Positions 22,031 through 36,322 of a stretch of 64,000 bases of DNA are shown here, in pieces. Each line of letters opens with the position of its first letter. Within the stretch, counting starts at the first letter, position 1. The notes beneath the pieces are model-generated. The model ran no database searches. It was not told the origin of the DNA and worked only from the letters and a program-made list of their open reading frames with translations. The translations under genes and the position numbers were made by a program. The stretch comes from Octopus sinensis (lineage: Eukaryota). The stretch spans positions 70,122,001-70,186,000 of the forward strand of contig NC_043009.1 in the NCBI RefSeq assembly GCF_006345805.1, in the 5' to 3' direction.

Positions 22031-22985
22031 CACCACGCTCGTCGGTACCGACTAGATCTCCTGTTCGTATCTGGGACCGGCGCGTGTCTTTGGGTTCTCC
22101 CACGCCTGTCGCCGCGGGACCACTCTTCCATCTTCCTCCCCTCCCCCTCTCCCCTCCGCTGCAGTTTTTTCCTTAACCCCCCCTTTTTGTACACACACGC
22201 ACACACATACACACACCCACTCACACACACGCATTTGCATATATATATATACATCACACTTACACACACTTCAAATTTACTTGCCATACACACAACTACG
22301 CACACTGGACACACACACACTACCACTCAACACACACACTGGCACGTTACATACGCCCCCACCCTTTCCCTCCTTCCTCCTTTTTTTACCACTGACCACT
22401 CACTTGAGACTTGCTATGTCATCTGTTCGCCCTGCACGCACTAACATATACATATTTTTTGTTTTTTTATCTCGCCTCACACACACATACACACACGCAC
22501 ACGCACACACACACACATACATACACACGCACACACACATACCTCCCTGTTTCTGATCTGCCTTTCTGACTTGCTAGGGTACCCCCACACCACTCCTTTA
22601 ATTCTACTACTGCTTGCTACTAGCCATTGTCCACCATACACACACATACACACACACGCACACACTCACACACACACCCTTGTCATCTCGCACACCTTTT
22701 TTACCATTCCCTCTTTGATTCAGCTCTCCTGTTTTTAAAAAACATTTTCCTCCTTTTTTACCACTTCCGTCTTTTTAGTATGTGACCTCGTGAAGACTAC
22801 CTGCAATTTTTTTTTTCCTCTGTCCTCCCGTCTCGGGATCTTTCTTTCTCCTATGTTTCCGACGAAGAGCTCCGCTCGAAACGTCATACCCTCCTTCTCC
22901 ATTTCCTGAGCGCCTAATAAAATAATACTGTAATTGTTCCACGTGTTGTTGTTTTTTCTTTTTCCCGTTTGGATTAACAATATAT
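22030..22985 (+). mobile_element. Penelope-like element 3' region/pLTR with hammerhead
   Basis: Possible ORF tail RLDLLFVSGTGAC (cf. LIFSLGT.AP.GLN, weak), pyrimidine-rich UTR, hammerhead at 22855-22889, tail ...ggattaacaatatat running into (AT)n. Confidence 0.6.
22855..22889 (+). ncRNA. Minimal type I hammerhead ribozyme (best-preserved copy in the window)
   Basis: gttt-CCGACGA-a-GAGC-tcc-GCTC-GAAA-C-GUC|atac; stem II 4 bp, palindromic ACGU stem III, predicted cleavage after 22885; stem I has one mismatch. Confidence 0.75.
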
Positions 22986-23040
22986 TTATATATATACATG
23001 CACATATACACACACTTTATGTATGTTGTGTGTATGTATT

Positions 23041-23101
<61 letters not shown>

Positions 23102-23210
23102 TCAGAGGCAATTCCATGTCATCAGTATCACTCGGGCTCATCACAGATTCCTTTATTAAATCTACACATTGGGGCTGAGCCCGAACAGCCCAAGTGCCGG
23201 AATCACCATG

Positions 23211-23241
<31 letters not shown>

Positions 23242-23579
23242 CATATACATATATCAGGAGTTTGTGTACTTATGTATGCATATAAGTATGCGCGTGTGCT
23301 GTTGAATCAGTTTAATTGCCAATGTAATACTTGCTTAAATATGTAAACTTTTGAAACTGTTAAACGGTTTGGCAACAGATCTAAGAAGAAGGGTGACAAG
23401 GGGATCTTTTAAACGATTTAAGAGGAATGAATCGATTCTGAAAGCTTTCTCTTCTATCATAAAGAAAATAGAAGTAGTCAGCACGCTATATTCGTATAAG
23501 AACTAAAGGCGCATTCAGAGCAGCGTAGCTTATACATATATGTACTCACGCAGACACAAACAAATACATACTCACACCT

Positions 23580-23648
23580 ATAATTAAATGAATATACCTA
23601 TATATATATATATATACATATATACATATACATATATATATATACATA

Positions 23649-23690
<42 letters not shown>

Positions 23691-23712
23691 TACATATATA
23701 TACATATATGTA

Positions 23713-23749
<37 letters not shown>

Positions 23750-23857
23750 CATATATACATATATATACATATATTTATATATGTATAATAGATATATTAT
23801 ATATATATATATACATATATACATATATATACACATATATATACATATATATATATC

Positions 23858-23890
<33 letters not shown>

Positions 23891-23917
23891 ATATACATAT
23901 ATATATATACATATATA
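23580..23917. repeat. Imperfect (AT)n/(ACAT)n array
   Basis: Directly visible. Confidence 0.95.
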
Positions 23918-24310
23918 GCGCAGGAGTGGCTGTGTGGTAAGTAGCTTGCTAACCAACCATATGGTTCCGGGTTCAGTCCCATTGCGTGGCATCTTGGGCA
24001 AGTGTCTTCTGCTATAGCCCCGGGCCGACCAATGCCTTGTGAGTGGATTTGGTAGACGGAAACTGAAAGAAGCCTGTCGTATATATGTATATGTATATAA
24101 GTATGTGTGTATGTGTTTGTCCCCCTAGCATTGCTTGACAACTGATGCTGGTGTGTTTACGTCCCCGTCAGCTAGCGGTTCGGCAAAAGTGACCGATAGA
24201 ATAAGTACTGGGCTTACAAAGAATAAGTCCCGGGATCGATTTGCTCGACTAAAGGCGGTGCTCCAGCATGGGCGCAGTCAAATGACTGAAACAAGTAAAA
24301 GAGTAAAAGA

Positions 24311-24312
<2 letters not shown>
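23918..24312 (+). mobile_element. tRNA-derived SINE family B, full length
   Basis: A box TGGCTGTGTGG 23927-23937, B box GGTTCAGTCCC 23970-23980, internal (GT/AT) microsatellite, 3' tail aaaagagtaaaagagt. Confidence 0.9.
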
Positions 24313-24353
<41 letters not shown>

Positions 24354-24384
24354 TATATATACACACATATATATACACACGCAT

Positions 24385-24416
<32 letters not shown>

Positions 24417-24984
24417 TGGTGTAAATGTGTGTGTATGTGTAGTGACATTCGTTAGTTTGTGTGCGAGTTGTACACTGTAAGGTTTCGCCTAAAATTTTCA
24501 GTTCTTCTTTCTTAGAATTTAACGTTTTCGTTCATAACCAGGAAATTCTGCGATATTTTCGCACAAAACGGACAACTTTGCCAACCGGACGGCATACAGA
24601 AGCAAACCCTTCAAACATCATACACAACACACACACACTACGACTCAATGATGTGTGAATGAAACAAACGAAGCAGAAGGAATCTCAAAGTACCCCACCA
24701 GAAACTCCTCTGAAATATTAACCAAAAGCTGCCTCAGAAAACGTCTTGGCTATGCAACTCGTCAGTCGCACTATATTTAACAGATGTCGGCATTTGAATG
24801 TCTATATTTGCCACTGACAAGTAATAAATGTCTTGGAAATCTAATAAAAATACGTTGATAGTTCTCTATTGCAACAAAATAAGTTGCGATACGTAAATAG
24901 ATTCACAAATTTAGTTTATCTAAGCGAAATAATGTGAGAATGCACAACTGGAGAAGTTTCTCTAATGCAGTGATAACGACCCGA

Positions 24985-25085
24985 TCGTTTGATCTCTTGA
25001 GATATCGGCTTCTGACCACCGCAACTGACCAGAATTTCGTTGCGCTAATCAAGTTTTTGGCATTCAGGTTGGATTTCAACACCAT
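24985..25085 (-). mobile_element. R4/Dong-like LINE small fragment
   Basis: VLKSNLNAKNLISATKFWSVAVVRSRY matches ILKSKLNGRNKSEAINTWAVSLPRY of the 60-kb copy. Confidence 0.6.
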
Positions 25086-25112
25086 CTTTTATTGATATTA
25101 TTATTATTATTG

Positions 25113-25256
25113 AAATTCCGCCGAGGTCGACTTTGCCTTTTATCCTTTCAGGGTCGATAAATTAAGTACGAATGAAACGCCGGCGTCGATCTAATCGACT
25201 TATCCCCTCCATCCTCCACCCAAATTTCAGGCATTGTGTCTTCAGTAGAAAGGATT
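25113..25256 (+). mobile_element. SINE family A, partial
   Basis: aaattccgccgaggtcgactttgccttttatcctttcagggtcgataaattaagtac. Confidence 0.85.
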
Positions 25257-25784
25257 ATAGTGTGGGATATACTATAAATACATATAGACACACACTCACT
25301 CAAACATACACAAATACACACATACAGAAGTATGTGCGTTTCGTGTATATGCATGTATGTATGTATGTATGTATGTATGTATGTCATGTATGCATGCATG
25401 CATGTATGTATGCATGTATGTATGTATGCATGCATGCATGCATGTATGTATGTATGTATGTATGTATGTTTGTATGTTTGTATGTATGCATGCATGCATG
25501 TATATATATATATGAATATACTCCTGCCCGAGCCGGGAAAGAAATTAAAAATGTAGGGGTGAAACACAATTTTTTTTTTACATTAACTTGACAACTTTTG
25601 CATAACTAAAAATAATATTCGAACAGATAAATCGAGGGAAAACAAACCCGGATTACTCGTTAAAAGAGCGGAAACGAGAAACTCGTACCACTCAAAATTA
25701 AGAGCCTTTTAGTATATAATGTATTGAAGAATAGTCTGCATTTTCGAGTTATATATATAACATGTATACTATGTATATATATGT

Positions 25785-25821
<37 letters not shown>

Positions 25822-25834
25822 TATATATATATAT

Positions 25835-25899
<65 letters not shown>

Positions 25900-26864
25900 T
25901 CACATAATATATAATATATATAGATATATATTATATATATGTATGTATATATAATGAATTCAATGCAGTTGTATAGCGTTTTGTGTATGTGTGCAGTTGG
26001 GGGACGTTGATTCTCAATACATTGCATGCTAAATAATGTCATTTGTTGCTCGGTTGGTGAGCTTTAAATAACGTCTGAGATTGTTTTTAATATCATGTCA
26101 TATTAGTGAAACATCTCTTCAGTTTTCCGGTTGAGGATTTAGCATGTAAACATTAACAGCAGTTTGATGCTGTCTACCGAAACTTGGAACTGGGAATTTT
26201 GGACACTTGTCAACTGTCCAACGCTTACGGTACTAAGTCTTTCACTTTGGCTTTTCTTTCCAAATTTCTTTCTTTCACTGTTCCTTTCTATTTATGCTTC
26301 TCACTGTTTTCACAAGAAATCCTATCCCCGACAGCGTCAACACTAACACCACCACCACCACCACCACCTGTTGCCCTTCTATTACATCTTCTTTTTACTC
26401 TTTCTAGTTGTCTTTATCTTCTTTTATTTCTGTTTTTCTTCACCGCATCCTCTCCTCTCTTCTCCCTCCTTTCCTCACAGTCAAGTTCTCACATAAATTT
26501 GTTACTAATCATTAACACCATCTCAGTCATAAACATCGCCGGTGATGTGTTCCACCAATCCGAAGTCTCTTCTACCATCACAACCACCACCACTACCACC
26601 ACCACCACCGCCACCGCCACAACAGCCCCCACCTCACCGCCACAACAGCCCCCACCTCACCGCCACCACCGCCACCCAGTCTTATAGCAGTTCCTTGCCG
26701 TATTCTATGGACATATTTCTAATATCATATAGTATCATGTACTCTACACATAATAAATATGCTTTTGTCTGCGCGCAAAGTAGAATGGTGTTAAACTTGC
26801 CAGAGCTGAAAGCAGTTATGCGGTTTCGATTTAGCAATTTGGTACCAACCATGTGTGTGTGTGT

Positions 26865-26911
<47 letters not shown>

Positions 26912-27416
26912 TTAAGGTGTTCGCTTTGCAACCATTATGTAGTGCCAGGTTCAGTCTCTGTAAGAATCATCTTAGAAAAGCGTTTTCATCTGGCGTCTAC
27001 GATTGGCAAATGCCTTGAAAAGAGGACCTCATAGCATTTTGTAGACGTAACCAGACACGCACAAACACATACAAGCATGACACACACACAGACATGCGCA
27101 CACATATAGAAACCCCACATTCAAATACAATTCTCTCTGTCTGTCTGTCTGTCTGTCTCTCTTATACACACAAATGCACACGTATATATGTCTGCATATA
27201 ACGGGTTCAAAATACCGCTAAAGCAGTGCTTTGGGTACGAAAGGAATGTGAATGATAGAAGGACAAATTGCTTTGCTTAATAAATTTAAGAAGGTTTTAA
27301 TCTTTTAAAAGTCGCTGAAGAAGACAATAGCATGAATCGTCTGTTATTCTTACAACTCCTTTCAAATAAGATCCTAAAAATGTAACTCACTCGTAAGGGA
27401 AACACACACACACATA

Positions 27417-27470
<54 letters not shown>

Positions 27471-27612
27471 GTAAATGAACTTGTGTGTGTATTCTGAGCA
27501 ATAGAATCATAGTTTCATTGCTGCACTACACGAAATGCTTTGCAAAATTTGTTCCGGATAAGTTGGCGAGCTGACAAAGTCGTTACCACGCCGCCTGGCG
27601 GTATTTCGTCGG

Positions 27613-27990
27613 CGGCGAGCTGGGCGAAATGCTTAGCGGTATTTCGTCTGCCGTTACGTTCTGAGTTCAAATTCCGCCGAAGTCGACTTTGCCTTTCATC
27701 CTTCCGGGGTCGATAAATTAAGTACCAGTTACGCACTGGGGTCGATGTAATCGACTTAATACCTATGTCTGTCCTTGCTTGTCCCATCTATGTTTAGCCC
27801 CTTGTGGGTAATACAGAAATAGGTATTTCGTCGGTCTTTACGTTCTGTGTTCGAATACCGCCTGGGTAGACTTTGCTTTTCATCCCTTTTGGGGTCGATA
27901 AAATAAGTACCAGCTGAACACTGGAGTTAATGAAATCGACGTAGCCCCTCTCCCCCGGAATTGCTGGTCTTGTGCTGAAATTTTTGACCA
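27613..27990 (+). mobile_element. SINE family A, dimeric full-length form
   Basis: Core repeated twice (27650-27760 and 27825-27940), joined by ...gtccttgcttgtccc..tttagccccttgtggg... Confidence 0.9.
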
Positions 27991-28490
27991 ATATATATGT
28001 TCCTTTAAGAACTAATGAAATAAAGAACTGGTTGAAGGAGGGCAAATAAAGCCGATTACTTCGATCAATGCTACAACAGACGAGTACGGTCCATCGTACT
28101 CCAATCTCCGTTCATCCATGAGCTTTCTTCCATAGGTGAAACAATATATCAATATAGTTACATAAATATTAGTTATTATAGATATTACTGCCAAAACAAA
28201 ACACACATACACACAGCCTGTCATTTATACACCCGTATTTATACACCCGCAATTACACACAATGTATCGCTAAAAGGGAGCTTCGAAAAGGAATAAAGCC
28301 AAAACGGAAATAAATATTTGTATATATAGTCTATTTTTGTATATATATTTATACATGTATATTTATATTTATACTTGTATCAGTAAGATAAATAAAAAAA
28401 AATCGTTTTATTTCAACAACAATTCTTCATGTTGCCGTTTCTTTGTTATTCTATCGTAAAGCAGTGAACCAGTGAGAAACTGATTGAAAC

Positions 28491-28540
28491 CTTAGAACCA
28501 ACGAAGTGATTGTTGTCAAAGGCAGCCACAGCCCCTACAA
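28491..28540 (-). CDS. Candidate 50-nt exon (unverified)
   Basis: Strong acceptor tttcgttttttattttcAG|; one open frame (V)VGAVAAFDNNHFVGSK; weak donor AAG|GTTTCA. Confidence 0.2.
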
Positions 28541-29384
28541 CTGAAAATAAAAAACGAAATATTACCCAAGTTTATTCATCGCATTCAACCATCAGATTTT
28601 CTCTAACACTTCTTGTATTCCTAAGATGATATCTCACCTCATACAATCTTTTTCACCTGTGTAAGGTGGCACAAATTGCAATCAAACATTCAGTATCCTA
28701 CAATACGTGACAGTGCGACAGTGCGTAGATTTTATGGAAGTTTTGTGTTAAAATTCTCTACAACAGATTTTGTACGCACACTCAAATGTATGTACACACA
28801 CACACACAAAAACAAAAATTCATACATACATACACTTTTATATGTATATTTGTTATTCTTAAACAAAATGTTCTTGACAATCAAGAACATTCTTGTTTAA
28901 GAATAATAAATTTGTACTCTACGATTTTATCGAGAAGCCGATCGCATTAATGCAAAATGATTTGATCAGGACTGAACATAAAAAAACAAACATACAAATG
29001 TTTTAATATTTCGCTTGAGCAGAGCGAGATTCATAACGCGTCTGTGTTCTGAAGATGTAACTTTCCCAAACAAAATGCACATCATATTTAAGGCTCTGAT
29101 GAAGCTATAAGATGCTATCTGGATTCTCAACTGAGAGTCCACCACATCTTATAGCAGAAACAATTCTAAACCAAGGCAGTTCATTACATGCATTTGATTT
29201 TTCTACATACATACATGCATACACACACATATACATACATACATACATACATACATACATACCTACATACATACATACATACATACATACACATACATAC
29301 ATACTACATACACACACACATATACATAAATACATACATGCATACATGTATGTATGCATATAAACACATGTATATATATTTTTC

Positions 29385-29590
29385 TACTCTGGGCATAGGG
29401 CTCGAAATTTTGGGGGAGAGGCCAGTCGATTAGATCGACCCCAGTACTCAATTGGTACTTAATTTATCAACCCCGTAAGGATGAAAGGCAAAGTCGACCT
29501 CGGCGGAATTTGAACTAAGAACGTAAAGAGAGACGAAATACTGCTAAGCATTTCGCCAGACGTGCTAACGGTTCTGCCAGCTCGCCACCT
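29385..29590 (-). mobile_element. SINE family A
   Basis: aggatgaaaggcaaagtcgacctcggcggaatttgaac...ctaagcatttcgcc...ctgccagctcgcc. Confidence 0.9.
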
Positions 29591-29609
29591 TAATACATCT
29601 ATATATAAA

Positions 29610-29673
<64 letters not shown>

Positions 29674-30581
29674 TATACACACAAATATATTCAATTCAGT
29701 CGAGGTGCACGTAATAGTGATGAATGAAATACAGTTATATACAGTCTTATTTAACAAGATCGTGGGCATTCTTGCATAGTAAAACGATGTAGCGTACAAG
29801 TTTCGGAAAAAGGAATTCCTTTTATAGACAAACCACACCACAAGGTCATCAACGACGTCTCGATACACATAACCGATGAAGCATAATAGCTCAGGATCGA
29901 ATGCGTTCAACGTACCAATGACATTTCTCATGGCCTAGTGATTCCTTTCCACGCATATCGTCCATAAGGTAAAATACCTTTCTCGAGACCATTCATGTGA
30001 CTATATTGAAACGTGCACGAACATGTGAATAAGACTGTACCTATCATTTATTTACCTTCGCTTTTCTGCCTCTAATTCATTCATTCATTCCAGGTTTAAA
30101 ACAACCTTTTGCGCAATAACAAATGCACAAGTTTCCAATATAATATTCGAACAACTAGTTCTTTGTGACAATTCCTTATCAGCTTTAGCCAGTTCTTTGA
30201 AAGGGTAAGGCGAATTTATCCCAGTACTGCATTGGCATTTGGTTTCATTTATCAGTTCCGAAAGATAAAAAGCACTTTGGACTACGCAGGATTGGAACCT
30301 AGAGTGCAGAGAGCTGTAACAATTGGCACTAAGTATTCTTTCTGATTCTTGAACGAGTTTAAGACTTGACACGCATACAATGTATGTACAAACACATACA
30401 TACGCATACACACATAAATACATCGCGAGGAAGGCGATGACATTCTAGCCATGGCCATCCCGAAAGTTTTGGTTTTTCAGTCACATTGTATCTAGGATTA
30501 CAATGTTTATTGCGTTTCTTTTCTAAGACTGTAAATTGAGTTTTTGAGGGAGATTTCGCTACTATATATATAGTTAATCCA

Positions 30582-30622
<41 letters not shown>

Positions 30623-30829
30623 TAAAACACTGACGTAGAAGACCCCCCCCCCACCTTTGACTCATCGGCAAATTGGAAGTCTCCTCTTCTTGTGAATCCA
30701 CCGAGTGGTAGTGATGGAAACGCAAGAGTTACTTTCTGAACGATCCTTCATGACTCCCTCACGGTGGTTTATAACACAACACACACACACACACACACAC
30801 CACACACACACACACACACACAGGTATTG

Positions 30830-30965
30830 GACGGGTACTTTATAAACTCCGAGAAGTAGAAATGCAAGTTTGGCCTTAGCTTCACTTGAACTCAGAACTT
30901 AGAGAGCTGAACTGGATCTCAATCTTTCTATTCGACGCTCTAACGACTGCGCCAACTCGTCCCCT
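30830..30965 (-). mobile_element. Degenerate SINE (family A-related)
   Basis: Decayed core ...gaactcagaac...ctcta.cgactgcgccaactcg.cc. Confidence 0.55.
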
Positions 30966-33904
30966 TCTAAGCGACGTGAAGTAACTGCAGTGAAGAATGA
31001 AACTTGTATGGCGCTGGTGGTTTGCCGTCAGGGAACTGATTAATCTGCAGCAGAAGACTCCACTGCAGACCAAAATATCGGATTCCTTTTTGACGAAACA
31101 AAGAGTCCATTGTAAGTTGGTGAAAAGTGTGTTTAGAGGAAGTGAGACGAATGTATATTTTGAAGAACTTTTTGAGGAAATAGCTTCAAATGCCAGAGTG
31201 TCATGTGACAGACAAGGTCAAAAACTCTACACAAATACAAGAGTCTTCAACTTTGATTCTGTGTTATTCCATGACTATAGTGCTACTGTTGTTGTTGTTG
31301 CTGCTGCTGCTGTTGATGATGCAGCAGTAGTTCTTGTTGTTGCTGCTGCTGCTATCACTCTTGTTTATGTTGTAGACCGATAAATATGAGATCATCTTCT
31401 TGTTGTTAGTTGTTTTGTGATCGTTGTCATGAAAGTAGTTGTTGCTATGGTTACTATTGAAGTTCATATTATCTTAGCTCTTGTTTCTCTCCGGTCTGTT
31501 GACCCCAGGTCGGCTATCATTGGTCAGATATCCAATGATCGACTTAATCAAGCAGATCCGCGATAAAAACATATTTCACCCGTAACCCGGGTATTGTTTG
31601 GATGTGTGATTTGAGGGAGATTTGGATGCTATTTCTAACAGAGTGAGTCGCCTGGTCTGTTTGTCACAAAAGTATTTTAGCGCTAAATAAATTGTTCTCA
31701 TTAAATATTCGCAACCAGTAATCTTCATAAATAATCTTTAATAGAGGCAAGTTTTCACACATTTTACATGAAGGAAATACATCATATCCGCATTTCAGTG
31801 GTGCTTTAGTTTATTATTTCCAGTCGGTGAAAAGTGAAGTTCACTCAAGTGGGTTTTGTATTGAGAACATTTAGTGCCATAAACTAAGTACCACAAAGTA
31901 TTTTGTCGGTCACTCGAACGGTTCCTCCAATCCTTCGTCCTATATTTCATAAAGAGCGCAGATCACTGTCCAGTATAGAATCCTAGAATCGACGTCCACT
32001 TCTGGCCCATAGATGTCTTTGGTGATATCCATTCTTTTGCAAGACAAAACCTCCGACTTCTGTCTCCAGACTTAGAGAACCGTGAAAAGGTCATTTGAGT
32101 CGGAAACCCTGGAAATTATCACGAGTGCCGCCACTCCTCTTCTCACTGAACAATTACAGAAAAAAAAATAGCATTCAGATAACACATTAACCAAAATCAA
32201 ACTTTTGATCAAAGAAGTTGGAGTCGACACAATTCGCATTGTTTTCAAACTACATTATTCAATATTTCTCCCCTTTTATGATTTTAAATGTTATTTGCAG
32301 TTGGTTTCACTACAATTTCGAGCAACCATATAGAAGATCACTCATTAGCCCGGATTCTCACATTGATTCAGCCATTAAACTTTAAGCATCATTCTTCTAG
32401 CAAGTCGTGGAATCTGGAAGGAAGCCTTCAAGATCCGAGAATCTATTACCGAATTCAGCAAATATTCCTTCTCTGTGATTAAAGGAAGTTTTATGTATCT
32501 ATTGGAATGAAAATAGCAGATATTAATATTCTTCAGATTGTTATTTGGTATTTGTGACTGATTAATATATAAAGAATTTGTTTGTAATGGTATTTGGGTG
32601 GAGAGAACTACGAAATTATCCTTTCCGGGACAGTTAATGTATTTGTAACATAATATAGTTCTGTGTGAATACTTCTGGTTTATAACAAATCCAGTGACTG
32701 CTTCTTGGTGAAGCCACCCAAAACATACATGTGTGTAAAAGGATATATATATATATATAAGTGTATGTGTGTATACGTGTGTGCCACATTTACACACACA
32801 CACACATTTATATAAACACAAAAAAACATACATACATTTCAATATATGTGTATTTTATTAAAATTTTGAAATGAATAAAATATGTTTTGGTTCGTTCGAA
32901 GAGTAAGTCATGGCCTACAGAATTACATAAGATGTACTCGTTTATGGTCGTTCGTGGAGAAAATTCTTCAGACGTGTTGCACTCAAAACACAACTGTTTG
33001 TTTTTTTAGCCTAGTTAAAAATTGTTCTACATTTCCTTATTTTTCAGTCTGGGAACAAGAGTATCCCTAAATCAATTGACAAGAAGCAGTCGAGTATTGC
33101 AGCCGGTCGCTAAGAATCACAGCAAGACTGCTGCACATGATAAAATCGAGCAGCAACGCTAGTTCTGCTATCATTTCGTTGAGGTGACTGACCGACAGGA
33201 TCTTCACTGAAACCGGAACTCTATCGTTTCACACTAAACATAACGAAAAAAGAATGAAGAAATAGTGGTGGCGGGGAGGTATGTATGTTACAATTCTGTC
33301 GAGAACAAGATTGTTTTGGTGGGGATGCGTTTTCAGTCATTCCTTTCTTCTAACTTTCTTTCTTCTGGAGGCCTTTGTTTTTCAGAAATATGTTTTCGAT
33401 AGTGGGCAGAAAGTGCTTAATGGAATATATAACTGGTATTCATTTATTGACATCCCACCCCCTCCACATAAAAGGAAACCAGCACTCTAGGACAAATATA
33501 AACGAAGAACATGCAACGGACGGGATCGTGACAATCCTCGGAACAATTCAGAACAACAATTTAGAATTTGATCCACGAAAAAAAAAAAAAGGATATATTT
33601 TACTTCACAGAGCTGTGCCTCACCCAACAAGGAACCGCGCTCGAATGGTATCTAATCGCATAAAAGTTTATATTTTCCGAGAAAAGATTGTTAACGTCTG
33701 GCTTTGACTTTTTTCCATCTCTAGGAAAAAGAGGACGTTTTTAGTGTTTTACCTCAACACCTTTCACGGTGTAACGTAACCGATTTTGGGAGAGAGAGAG
33801 AAAGAGAAGAGAGAGAGGAGGAGAGAGGGATAAAGAGATAAAGAGAGAGTGAGATAAAGAGAGAGTTAGAGAGAGAACAATTTCAGTATTTTAACAAAAC
33901 TTAT

Positions 33905-33995
33905 TGCCCCTTGAAGAATGGTAAAGTTGACCTCAACGAGATTTGAAATCGGGGATTCAGAGGAGCAAATACCGCAAGGCATTCCATCCAAGAGT
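33905..33995 (-). mobile_element. SINE family A fragment
   Basis: gaagaatggtaaagttgacctcaacgagatttgaa...aaataccgcaaggcatt. Confidence 0.6.
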
Positions 33996-35499
33996 TTAAC
34001 TATCTTCTCAGTTTGCCGCTTCTCTAAACATCCACCTCTTCCATTTAAATCTAAAAATCCTGTGTGAATTCGGGAAAAGGAGAACCCACCCAGTATACAC
34101 AACAACAACAACAACAACAACAGCAACAACAACAACAACAACAACATCGACCACGACGACAGCAACCATTGAGATAACAATATCAACAATGGAAGTAACC
34201 GCCAGAACCAAAAAAGTTAATAAACAAACATCCAAACGCAATCAAAACAAAATGAAACCCCCCTCTCTCTCACTTCTACTCTTCCTACCACTTGGCTGAC
34301 GATGATGATGATGATGATGATGATGATGTGTGTGTGTGTGTGTGTGTGTTGTGAAAACATTTCATGCTAATTTGAAGAAAATTTGCTATAAATCAATAAG
34401 TTGGTGTAAATGTGAGATAACCAATTGAGATAACGGAAGCAAAATGAAATGAAAGCAAAAATTAAAATAGTCCTTGTTTTGTTTGTGTAGATTTGCGTGT
34501 GCGCGCGTGTATGTGTGTGCTTGAATGTGCAGGTGTATATGTGTATGATAGTATGTTATACATGTGTGTAAGTACGTGTGTGTGTGTGTGTTAGTGCTTT
34601 AGTGTGTGTCAGTATGTTTGTGTGTGTGTGTGTGTGTGAGGGGCTTGGGGGTTGTGTGGTTAAGTTGAAAGTGAGAAAGGAATTAAAACGATAACGATTA
34701 CATTACGATACGGAAGATGATAGGATAGAAGGAGTCTGATTAGGGTAGGAGGGATTAACACACACACGCGCACACACTCACATCACAACTAATAACAACA
34801 ACTGCAACAATAACAACGCTTTGCCGCTTTTCCAAATAACAGCAAAGCATTCAGATATCGCCAACACCATCAAAAAGACACACGCAACGCCACCGATATT
34901 TTTTCCACCATGATTAATAGCAGGAAATACAACATACAATAATTGTAATTTAAGTTTTATCAAATTTCACTTCTTTTTTTTTTCTTCTTTCTTCTCCTAA
35001 TCTCCGTTGCTTGTCTTGCTTAGTTTCTTCCATTTTGGAGTATTATAAAGCAATTAATTGAAACAAAACTTTTCTCCTAGTCCAAGGAGAGTAAATATGA
35101 TGTTCTCTGGTATATGAACTGTTTAGATTTGTAATTGTTAACGAAACTAATTCCTTTTCATTCAAAAGGAAAACAAATTTTGAAAGAATTTTGGCGACTG
35201 TTCATGTTCAGTATTCGGCAACTGAAAATTTTTACATGCTATTAGAATATTACGGCAGTTCTTAGATTTATGTCAGACACGCAATCCTTCTCCTGTCGTC
35301 GGCGAACTAATTGTGTAACACAGGGACCACATAGAAACGGCGAAATTCAGAATCATGATGCTTTATAAAAATATACTACAGAACGGAAATGAAATCCGTT
35401 TAATAAGTTTTAGCATTCGGAGCTTTTGTTCACTTGTGTAACGTGTGGAAAACCGAAAGTTTCCAATAATCCAAATATAATTGTGTACATTACTGAGCT

Positions 35500-36261
35500 T
35501 CATATATATATATATAGAATATATATATAATATAATATATTATATTTATATATATTATATATATATATGAGTATATATATATATAGTATGTGGTATATTA
35601 GATATATAGCCTGTATTATATATGTATGATATTATATATATAGTATGTATATATATGTGGTATATATATATATTAATATATGTAGGTAATATATATATAT
35701 ATATATATATGTATGTATTATATATATATATATATATATATGTATGATTATATATGTATGTTATATCTATATATATATATATATGTATGTATATATATAT
35801 ATTGTATGTATATATATTATTTATTTGTATGATATATATAATAATATGTATGTATATATAATATGTAGTAATATATATGTATGTATATATATATATGTAT
35901 GTATATATATATATATGTATGTATATATATATATATATATATATGTTTAGGTATATATATATAGATTATATATATATATATGTGTATTATATATATATGA
36001 TTATATATATATGTATGTATATATAGAATTGTATGTATATATATATATATATTATATAATATATATATATGTATATATATATATATTATGTATATATATA
36101 TATATATATATAGATATATATATGTATTATATATATATTATGTATGATAGTATATATATATGTATATATATATATGTATGTATGTATATTATATATGTAT
36201 GTATATATAATATATATATGTGTATGTATGTATATATGTATGTTGATATATATATATGTAG

Positions 36262-36312
<51 letters not shown>
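35500..36312. repeat. ~800-bp imperfect (AT)n/(ATGT)n array
   Basis: Directly visible. Confidence 0.95.
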
Positions 36313-36322
36313 GGTATGTATG

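Noticed and set aside
29094-29130. CUGAUGA-AGC..GCU as a hammerhead 5' half
   Set aside because: The GAAA strand is missing.
31995-32100. FGDIHSFARQ resemblance to Tribbles pseudokinase
   Set aside because: Only ~8 residues match, the downstream sequence diverges and ends in a stop, and the acceptor is weak.
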